DNA of 62,412 nucleotides, counting the filler, from Collodictyon triciliatum (lineage: Eukaryota): the NCBI GenBank assembly GCA_043381765.1. It is 24 parts of 24 records of this genome, joined end to end, with 100 filler letters (N's around TTAATTAATTAA, not from the genome) between each part and the next. Parts side by side here need not be neighbours in the genome. Positions count along the whole stretch, not along the records: positions 23,728 to 26,259 come from JBHJMP010008710.1; positions 26,360 to 28,891 come from JBHJMP010008711.1; positions 28,992 to 31,522 come from JBHJMP010008712.1; positions 31,623 to 34,153 come from JBHJMP010008713.1; positions 34,254 to 36,784 come from JBHJMP010008714.1; 19 more parts are not named here. One strand, written 5' to 3'. Of this stretch, positions 23,728 through 34,405 are shown piece by piece. The number at the start of each line of letters is the position of its first letter. Position 1 is the stretch's first letter. The translations under genes were made by a program, and so were the position numbers. Under the pieces are notes generated by a model. It saw nothing but the letters and a program-made list of their open reading frames with translations. It made no database searches and was not told the origin of the DNA.

Positions 23728-24075
23728 ATTCTTGTTCTATTCTTGTTCTATTCTTGTTCTATTCTTGTTCTATTCTTGTTCTATTCTTGTTCTATTCTTG
23801 TTCTATTCTTGTTCTATTCTTGTTCTATTCTTGTTCTGTTCTTTTTCTGTTCTTTTTCTGTTCTTTTTCTGTTCTTTTTCTGTTCTTTTTCTGTTCTTTT
23901 TCTGTTCTTTTTCTGCTCTTTTTCTGTTCTTTTTCTGTTCTTTTTCTGTTCTTTTTCTGTTCTTTTTCTGTTCTTTTTCTGTTCTTTTTCTGTTCTTTTT
24001 CTGTTCTTTTTCTGTTCTTTTTCTTGGTTCTTTCTTGGTTCTTTCTTGGTTCTTTCTTGGTTCTTTCTTGGTTCT
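23728..24075. repeat. Compound 11-bp-period array (ATTCTTGTTCT to TTCTTTTTCTG to TTCTTGGTTCT)
   Basis: Directly visible; intronic to the BRCA2-like gene. Confidence 0.95.
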
Positions 24076-24154
24076 CGTTTCGCTTTTTTCTTATGGATTC
24101 AAGCTCAACACAGAGAATTATAAATGTGGTCGACTATTCAACTTTTGCAATCAG

Positions 24155-25787
24155 GTGATTGTGCTAAGGACATACCCAGCACAATATATGGAGACAATAC
24201 CTGATGGAAGCAAGATAATTAGAAATGCTGCTGGTGAGGAACAAGCCGCGAACCTCTTTGAGGTCTGATTATTTTCTTTTGACTCAATTGTCTATTTTGT
24301 CTGTCTATTCGCTTAACGCGTTTACATTTGATTGATTTTGATTGATTATGTGTTTGTCAAACTATGCACAATATATAAACAGAGAGAAGTACCGCCAACT
24401 GCCTTTGTCTGCTCACATAATTTTTTCTCTTTTTCTCTTCATTATTACTATTATTTTTCACCCCCGAAGAATCGAAAGCGTGAGGCGATTGCCCGAATGC
24501 AGACAGAGCTCCTTCAGAAGCGGAAAAGAAACCGTATAAACATATCAACCACTACTCACATAATCAATCAGTAACCCATCCACGTGCACATACATTATTA
24601 TATATTACTGTGCTTCTTTTTCTTTACTTTACTTTACTTTACTTTACTTTACTTTACTTTACTTTACTTCACTTTACTTTACTTTACTTTACTTAACTTT
24701 ACTTAACTTTACTTAACTTTACTTTACTTTACTTTTCTTTTCTTTACTTTACTTTACTTTTCTTTTCTTTACTTTAATTTTATTTTATTTTATTTTATTT
24801 TATTTTATTTTATTTTATTTTAAATTATTTTATTTTATTTTATTTTAAATTATTTTATTTTATTTTATTTTATTTTATTTTAAATTATTTTATTTTATTT
24901 TATTTTATTTTATTTTATTTTATTTTATTTTATTTTATTTTATTTTATTTTATTTTATTTTATTTTATTTTATTTTATTTTATTTTGCTCTTCCCTCCCA
25001 GTCATCTTTTATCTATTTTGTATGCAAACCGACTCACACAGACAAATACACGTATACGCAAAACATGCAGCAAACGCCAAACACCACCTGTACGACCAGT
25101 TACTCTATAGCGAAGATGGCGACGCATCCGCACACTCGCTCACACACGAAGACCTGAGCGAGTTTCATTGCTACAGAGAGAAGAAGCTCGCTGAGCAAAG
25201 AGCCGCCATCGATGAGCTTGTCGAGGTATGATTACATCACTCTACATCACTCTACATCACTCTACATCACTCTACATCACTCTACATCACTCCTATCTTA
25301 CTGCCAGAGCGACCCCAATCTCAAGCGAAAAATGACGCCGTTTTCCCAAATTCGTGTGGCTGATGCACTTGGCGAAAGTGGAGATCACCAAAGGACAGCA
25401 TTGATCACGATCTGGAGACTCGGTGATGAAAGCGCAGATATCTTTACAGAAGGCAAGCGATACTTGGTTTGTGTGCTGCTCCTTTGTCCCTTCCGACGAG
25501 TCACTCGCTGGTCAATTATACATTCTTTTTTCTTTCTTTCTTTTTTTCTTCTTTTTTTTATTTTCCTGCTGCATACGCTGATTAGTTTGTGAGCCTCGGC
25601 ATGGGAAAAGGGCGCTCCGGCGAGGGCCACGAACAAACGCTGCGACTGACGCTCACCGGGATGAACTGGAAGGAAATACCGCAGGAAATGGCGTCGCCGC
25701 TTTTCACTCCGCGTGTCCACACCCCGTTTTCAGCCCTGAGCGAGCTTCGCGAGTTTGACGAGTTTGACACGGCCGGAATCGTCATTG
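24155..25787 (+). CDS. BRCA2: BRCA2 DNA-binding region (tower, OB2, start of OB3), internal exons
   Basis: VLRTYPAQYME..G..IIRN..EE, ITIWR...FTEGKRY and FTPR..FS....EFDTAGIVI follow the order of BRCA2 C-terminal motifs (RxYP, SIWRP..LTEGKRY, YQPR..EVDLIG). Confidence 0.85.
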
Positions 25788-25864
25788 GTGCCCCACTTGC
25801 TTTATTTTTATTTTTATTTTTATTTTTATTTTTATTTTTATTTTTATTTTTATTTTTATTTTTA

Positions 25865-25895
<31 letters not shown>

Positions 25896-26154
25896 TAATT
25901 TTATCTTATTTTTGTGTTCTGTGATTGATAAGTTTATTGAACACTCGGGGAACAATGCCGCGATTTGAACTGACAATCCGAGTGATTTGCCTGTCTATTT
26001 TCATTTCATTCTAATTTTGGTAATATTTTGTCCATATTTCTATTTGTACATCTAACGTTTTCGTATTGCATGTATTATTTTAATTTCTTTTTTCTCTCTT
26101 TTTTCTCTCTCTCTCTCTCTTTTTTTCTCTCTTTTTTTTTCTCTCTTTTTTTTT

Positions 26155-26259
<105 letters not shown>

Positions 26260-26359
26260 NNNNNNNNNNNNNNNNNNNNNNNNNNNNNNNNNNNNNNNNN
26301 NNNTTAATTAATTAANNNNNNNNNNNNNNNNNNNNNNNNNNNNNNNNNNNNNNNNNNNN

Positions 26360-26435
<76 letters not shown>

Positions 26436-26591
26436 AAAAACGCTTGTGCTTCTTGGAAACTTTTTCTTTTTTAAAAAGTTTATTATTGTCGATCTTAGAA
26501 GGGACTTTTATTATTGGATTGGAGAAAACTCTACTTGAATGTATGTCTTCTCATAGGTAAAAGCAATTTTTTTTTTATTTTTTTTTTTTTG

Positions 26592-28598
26592 TCACAGGCA
26601 GTCGAATAATTCATAGGCGAGTGATATGAATAGGCGGGACGCATCTCCAAGAGGAAGAAATCCGTCGGGCAGTTTGCACGAGGCACCGATGGCGACTGTG
26701 AGACTCTTATGAATCTTGTATAAAAGTTCCAAGGTCTCCTTATCAGTCTCCTCCTAGTAGCAATCATACTTTCATAAGGACGATGTCAAGGGTCCATTGA
26801 TATTGCATACTCATAAAATGTTTGGAGAGTCATTTGAGTACCTCGTCATGTATCCCAGCCAAAATTAGCTTGCCCTCATAAACTTTGTCTAGTATAGCGA
26901 TGCTAGGCCCCAAAAAAGAATTCATGTTGAGAGCTGGGTCTATGAACAAATATTTTCGATGTTAATAATCAAATTACTAAATCGAAACCAAAAAAAATAA
27001 ATAAAAATAGTGTCTTCAATGAAATGTTGATTTTTTTTTTGATAATATTTGACATTCGACAGAGACATGCCACATTTCTGGATTTAACATACGCCAAAAA
27101 TCAAATACTCACCACGGGAAATTTGTGTCATGAAGTCATATATCCGTAGACGCAGCACTTCATCTGCAGTCAAGTAGGCCACCTTGGATAGGGAGTCTGC
27201 AGCCACCCGCCGAATTTCCCAAGGAGCAAAAATACAGTATTTCTCAATTTGTCGAATTATATCAGTGAACAGAGAGTTTTCTGTGCCATCCTATGCAATA
27301 AAAAAAAGCGTGACATACTATCAATGATGGCACTTCATCATCACAGTCGATAGTCATCTCTATATTATCTCATATCATAAAAGATTCTTACATGATTTTT
27401 CAATCAATACCAAATGCCTAATTTTATTTAGCGCGAGCATGAGCCAGGAAAAGGACTTACCCCCAGCGAGGCAGCAAGAAGCTGTCCATCTTCTCCAACA
27501 AACCATATTAAAGAGCGACATATATCAGGAATGCTCGAGCCGGCGATGGAGGCCGTTGAAAGAATACGGAGAACCGACTACAGAATACAAATTAATAGAG
27601 GCCTCATTTATCCAATAAGGAAAGTATGACCTAAGCCAAAGTACTTAATATATGATAGATAGTTCACCTTAAACACCAAAACTGCACTTGTCTTGCTTGA
27701 TTGGATACAGTCCCTAGGTGAAACGAAAATAATTTTCAACTCTTGACCCGAATCCAACCAACCAGAAAAGCGATGGTTTCGTAATTGTTGAATTAAAAGT
27801 ATCTTTCACACCTAAAGATATCGAAAATGATTCCTGGAGAAACATTTTCGGGTTGGTTACAGCACCAATCTGTGGTAAGGCCCATAACAAAGTTGACAAT
27901 ACCCGGTGTGCTCTTGAGTTTCCTTCTCAGGGTTTGGAGAAAACCTAATTGTAATAAAAAAGAAGGAAATATTGAACACAAGATATTTTAAAGATGAAAG
28001 AATAAGACCCAATATTACTGGTCATTTGTGTCTTTGACCAATATTTTGATTCCGCAGAAAGCTTGGTTGAGAGGGTGTGGAGTTTCTCTGGGTTAGTAAT
28101 CCACACTGTTGCTTGAAGCGCCTAAATAGTTGCGTTTCTCAATCGAAACCCTTGCATGTGTCTGATAATATGAATTCTAGATTGTACTAGCATCATCCAA
28201 ACATCGGACAGACATAGAGATTCGACGAGCTAGATGTGATTACTACCTCGCTCTAACAAAATAGCGATACACTTGGGAATAAAACACAAACCTGTGCTCG
28301 CACGTATGGGCATGGGCAACTTGTTAATCCATCCACGATGCTGACCACCGGTCTCAATGCCCCTGTCGATATGTCTCCTGCAAAGTTCATATATATATAC
28401 ACGTTTCACTTCCTAACAAAGTGCAGTAAGTATGGGCAAATGCAAAGATTTATAGACTAACCAATAAGGCTTAGTTTTGTGGAACAGATTTCTGCCAGGC
28501 GACAAAGATGGCGACATCCTGCGTGCTGTAGTGGCTTACTATCCGATTCCAATAATCCTTTGAGTTTCTCAACGGCCAAATCTAGGGGTGTTTTCCCC
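26592..28598 (-). CDS. TSET/TPLATE complex large subunit TSAUCER (plant TASH3-like), 3' exons
   Basis: CIFAPWEIRRVAADSLSKVA...LRLRIYDFM and terminal FLPLGDAS resemble, from memory, TASH3 motifs WEVRI.A.QAL...RLQIYEFL and YLPLGP.S. Helical solenoid character; TGA at 26592-26594. Confidence 0.6.
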
Positions 28599-29197
28599 TG
28601 ATTTGAAAAGAAACGAAAGGGTTTTAAATAAAATTAGAGCATTGCTATTGAATCACTGGGGAAATCATAATTAAAGATGTGAAATGGTACATTCAATATT
28701 AGTGTATATGTTAAAATAAAAATGAAAGAAAAATAAAAAATAGAAAGAAAAATAAAAATAAAAATAAAAATAAAAATAAAATAAAAATAAAAATAAAATA
28801 AAAATGAAAGAAAAATAAAAAATAGAAAGAAAAATAAAAATAAAAATGAAAGAGAAATGAGAAATGAGAAAAGAGAAAAGAGAAAAGAGAANNNNNNNNN
28901 NNNNNNNNNNNNNNNNNNNNNNNNNNNNNNNNNNNTTAATTAATTAANNNNNNNNNNNNNNNNNNNNNNNNNNNNNNNNNNNNNNNNNNNNAAAAAAAAA
29001 CAAAAAAACAAAAAAAAACAAAAAAACAAAAAAAACCAAAAAAAAACCAAAAAAAACCAAAAAAAACCAAAAAAAAGTGAGTGACATGATATTGACAAAA
29101 TCTTATGTGAGTGCATGCCTTATTGCCAGTCAACTCATGAACCACATATTACAGTTGTACAGTATTTGCAGAGGCTTAAATACTCTTCTTTCTAGTC

Positions 29198-29287
29198 ATG
29201 CCTATTGTACCTATTGGAGGACACGATGTTGCCTTTCCCTATGAGCCATACGGTGTCCAAAAAGCGTACATGGACAAGGTAACAAGT

Positions 29288-29328
<41 letters not shown>

Positions 29329-31473
29329 CTTTTTTTTTTTGCTTTTTTTTTTATTAATTGTTTCTGCTTTTTTTTTTTTTTAGTTTTTTTTCTCCTCCCT
29401 TTTTGACTGGCAGTCTCTGAAATAAATGGTCTCAGCATTTATAAATTGTGAAGCTACTTCCTTGATAGTAACTAGGGTATTACCCCTTCCGGGAATATCA
29501 AGTCTTGTTTAGTGATAATTACTCCTCCACTCCTTTATTCAACTCAAGAGGAGACGAAGGATGATGTTTTGACTAAACTCATCTTTTAAATTGCATGTAG
29601 GTTTTGCGAGCTTTGCAGTCGTCTACTTCAGCACTTTTGGTTGGGAAGTCCACATTCACAATTGCAATTAATTTGTCTTCATTTTGCAATAGTTTTTTGT
29701 ATTTTGATTTTCATGTGCCAAAACAATTTTTCAGCGTGTCTGGTACATTTTGACCCGTCTATGTTTTTTTAAAAATGTCTATTATGAGACAGACAAATCA
29801 TTTGTATTTTATCATTATTTTATAAAATTCTCTGAAAGGAAGAATGAAAAAAAATCTATTTATAAAAGAATATGAAGTGACGTGCCAATGCAACAAAAAT
29901 ATTACGGCAAACTAACCCTTAATCTATAATCGATATCGTGCTATCTCGTGCTTAAAATTAAAAGGAGTCTCCAACTGGTGAGAAATATTAGTATGGATTT
30001 TTTTGCACTTGTATTAAAACACCATAAGTTTTTCCCTCCCTGACACATTTCTTATTCTAATACTCAAATAGGGACTGGAAAAACTCTTTCCTTGCTTTGC
30101 TCTACTCTTACGTGGCAGAAAAAATTTAAAGAAGTTCACGCAAGAGGGGAACCCGTTAGTCCTCAGACCCCAACGCCAAAGGAGTCCCAAAAGAAGAAAA
30201 GAAAATATCTAGAAGTCGTTTACAGTGAGCTTAGATCGTGAATTCTTTACATAACTTCCCCAACCTAAATCGTTTTTCTTGTAATTTTCATTTAGTCTAG
30301 ATTTTTTACAATGGATATGTATATTTTCATCATAATTATTTCCTCTCTCTGATATATGAACCTGTACAAAGACACTCAGAACCAGGGTGAATCATCAGGT
30401 TAGTTTCAACATAAAACAAGTTCGATACTCTATGGTGCTCATTTTTTATTTGGAAGATGACTGTTGAAATCGGATGGACTCCAAACTTGGATTAGTCACC
30501 CTTATACTAAATACCCACCAAACGCCATTTTATGTTTTCGAAAACAAATCGAAGGAATGGACCAAGAGAGCGGAAGCAGTACTGAAAGTCGCAATCCTGT
30601 GCCAAAAATCATATATACCACACGCACACATAGCCAGATTGCACAAGTGGTACGAATGCTATTTGTCCCTTATACATACCACTGAATCGCCGTTGAACAG
30701 GAAATATAATATCATTTCTTTTATATCAAAGGTTAAGGAGCTGCGAAACTCGCCGTACCGTCCACGCATGTCGGTTTTGGGAAGCCGAGAGCATACGTGT
30801 AACCACAGACAAGGTAATCTGAATCGATTTTTTTTTTTTAAAGAATATGGTATGACAAACCATAATTTGTCGAATACATTTCTTTCGCAGAATATTAAGG
30901 GACACTTTCTTACACAAATCACTCTATCTAATCAGAATTTAGTCGTTGTATTTATTTATTTTTATATGTTTTCAAAGTTAAGAAAAGCAGTAATAAGAAT
31001 GAAGAATGCAAAGCTCTTCTATCAGAAAATAGTTGCCATCTATTCAGGAATGTAGAAAATCTAATTAATGTAAGAATATGATTTTATATCACAACATCGA
31101 ACTTCAATACAAAAAATTGGGTTTCTATGACTCGGATTTATCGAACCACCATGTGTAAACTCTGATTATTATCTCGATTCCACACAACCATGATGGAATA
31201 ATTTTCCAATCTTTTTTCAAGGAAATGCAGCCCGGGAGGATATGGGATATAGAGGAACTCGTCCAGTTGGGCAAGGAAATGCGAGGTACGTTGCTACTTT
31301 CAATAACCAGATGAAATCACACAGCTTGCATTTTTCTTTATTGCTGAGTCACATGTGTTCGCTGCTGATAAAGAAACATTCCTTCATATAAGCGTGTCCA
31401 TTTTTTGCCTCCAAGGGAATAGCAGAAAGAAGTGATATAATTTTCTGTCCTTACAATTATATACTCGACCCAA
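29198..31473 (+). CDS. Rad3/XPD-family Fe-S helicase, FANCJ(BRIP1)/RTEL1 type, 5' exons
   Basis: FPYEPY..Q, ALL|ESPT|GTGKTLSLLC, PKIIYTTRTHSQI, LGSREHTC, WDIEELV, ACPFF and DIIFCPYNYILDP. Confidence 0.93.
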
Positions 31474-31475
31474 GT

Positions 31476-31522
<47 letters not shown>

Positions 31523-31649
31523 NNNNNNNNNNNNNNNNNNNNNNNNNNNNNNNNNNNNNNNNNNNNTTAATTAATTAANNNNNNNNNNNNNNNNNNNNNN
31601 NNNNNNNNNNNNNNNNNNNNNNAAACAGTCAATACAAAATTTTCGACTA

Positions 31650-31822
31650 TTTTTTTTTATTCTTCCATTCCATTTTGTGCAGGACGGTGGGGATGTTGGC
31701 TTTGGTTTGCTAGCCATCGTTTGCATGGGCGCTACTTGGTTGCCGGGTGGCATAGAAGTAATCGGTATTCAGGAATTGCATCCTGTGGTTTGGCCTGTAG
31801 CCTGGGTCTTGTGCTTGCATAA
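31650..31822 (-). mobile_element. 5'-truncated LINE 3' end with A-tail
   Basis: Matches 44282-44403 and the insert at 14929-14980; ends GAATAAAAAAAAA on the minus strand. Confidence 0.8.
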
Positions 31823-34405
31823 GAAAGACCAGGACAAAATTTTCAACTATTTAAATATCTTGATTATTTCTCAGGATGAACTCAAAAAAAACATTTTTAA
31901 TAGCACTTCATGAACTTTCAGAAAGGGCCCATCTGTCATTCCATTTCATCGTACAAGGAACTCTGGAGCTCTCATTTTTTTGTTGATAAACAACTCATAC
32001 AGTAAGTTGACCAAGCCAAATCATAGCATCGAAATTTATTTATTTCAAGGCTTCAAGTTCCATTAATCTAATTTTCTATTATAATAAAGAAACCCATAAT
32101 TAAAACTACGAGGGGATTACAAAGAATAGTGTAATTTTGGGCCAGATTGACCAAAATTCTGATAGTAAAAAAGTATGATTCTTGTCTAATCTTACCTTCT
32201 AATTCCCATCATAATTGAAAAGCACGAAAAATTCTAAGTTTGTATCACAGAAAATTTGTATCACAGAGAATTCGTCACATTTGATATTCAACGATAGAAA
32301 AACCAAATACGCACATTTTAAGTACATGTATGTATAAAGCCTAATTTTTAGAAGATCATCAATCAAACTTCATTCTTAATTTAGGTCATGTTTTGATAAA
32401 TAGTTCAATCTGACATATTCATGGACTAGCTGGAAAATCGCATTATTTTATTCAATATACCATATTAAGAATTAATTATTCATCTTCAATCGGAGATTGT
32501 TCAAACTAAAGTCATGGACAAAACTCAGATACAGTTGCAAAATGAGAGGGACAAAAGACAAAATCCGTGGGAAAGGGAACTGTTTCGATCTACTACTTGG
32601 AGGAGGGGGGAGGGGTGGTGGATCGGCGGCTCCTAGTTTTCCCGATGGTCTGAAGTAAAGGTCTAAGAACGTACGGTGGGGGTGTTGGGTTGTGTTGTGT
32701 GTGGAAGTAAGTATGTCTTTGTCCAGTCATTCACGACCAAAAAATAAATAAAATAATAATATTCGTTGTAAATTTTTGTAATCAAAAGTCATGTATCCTT
32801 TTTTGCGGTAAGGAGGCTTAATCTTATTCGAAAACATTGCCTATTTAACATATAAAATACAGCATGCATTAAGTCGAATAGTTTATAATTAAAAATATTT
32901 CAGTTGTAAAACTATTACTAATAATGATAGTACAAAATCTATAAAATTAAGAATTATCATCGGAGTCTGGCCATGCTAGTTATTTCATTATTCAGTTGAT
33001 AGATTTAATATAGTATGAAAACATGGAATCAATATTTTAATGTTTATAATATAATTGCCTCAGCTATATATTTTCTAATGAAGTTAAATCAAGATGAATG
33101 GTCTGCCTACAGAATCGTCATGCTACGTCGTTTATTTTTTAATAATCGTTTTATGTATCGCCTTGTGAATACTAAATCTACAAAAAATCTTTAAATTACT
33201 TATCTACTAGAGAAGCTTAGTTATCTGCAGATTCTTTGTATCCGTATTTTAAATTCCGTTTTAATTAAATCAATAGATACACTTTTGCATCAAATGTGAA
33301 TTTTTTTTTAAAAAAACCAACTAACCAAAATATAAACCATTCTAATATCCAAATCGAAAAACACATACCATATATCCGCTAAAAACCAGTTTGCCGCTAA
33401 TTGATACACCACCCCTCCCCCTTGACCGTCCTGCAATCATTTGTCCACAACTTCACGCCCATACCCCTCACCTTACTAGACCTTGTTCGTTTCTCCAAGT
33501 GAAATGATTTGTAGGTTAATCGCTCAAAAAATAAACCTATTTGATAATGAATCGTTGTTAAATCATCTAAATTAGTTTAATTTTCTCTCTTGGTTATTTA
33601 GATGTCGATTTATCAAATCCAACAAACCCACCCCTCCCCCTTCCAATTCCAAATCAATCAGAGGTAATGAAAAGGTATTTGTTATATGTATTATTACGTT
33701 CCCCCCGACTAACCAAGGATATGGTAGACGGTTCACGCCCTTTTATTTTTTTTCGATTATTATCATTCACGTATATTCATAAAATCCTTTTTTATGCATA
33801 AATTATATTTTCGTATATTTGTGTTGGTTTCTTAATGATTTATCTATTTAATCCACCACATATAGTATGAATTCTATGATTGTTTCATATTATGAAGTCT
33901 GATAGTGTTCAGTTTATTATGTTTGGTCAAAATATGGCAGAGTAAAAGTATTAAATACGATTACAATTTAATTTCTTTATCTATTATTCATCAATTTTCA
34001 ACTACAAACATTATCTCTGTATTGATGCACACGTAAAATACATCAATGACTAAATTCTCAATTATAAATTACCTTTGAAACGATTGTGCTTGTAAATTTA
34101 TTAACATTCAGACCTTTGTTGCCTTTCTCATAGTAATAATTATATTTTGTATCNNNNNNNNNNNNNNNNNNNNNNNNNNNNNNNNNNNNNNNNNNNNTTA
34201 ATTAATTAANNNNNNNNNNNNNNNNNNNNNNNNNNNNNNNNNNNNNNNNNNNNTTCATTTTTAAGGTTTTATTCTGTTTTCATGGAGTGTCCTTGTGGGA
34301 AAAAAGCGGAGGTCTGCTTGAAAAAAACCCAGAGAATCTCTCCATCTAAAATGATTATAGTTAACAAACATATATTAATATGCATTTATTACACTACTTA
34401 CCTTG

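Noticed and set aside
28570-28598. Ankyrin repeat (GKTPLDLA) fused to the TSET subunit
   Set aside because: Single short match; the following sequence reads as a HEAT-like helix pair and the upstream exon is missing.
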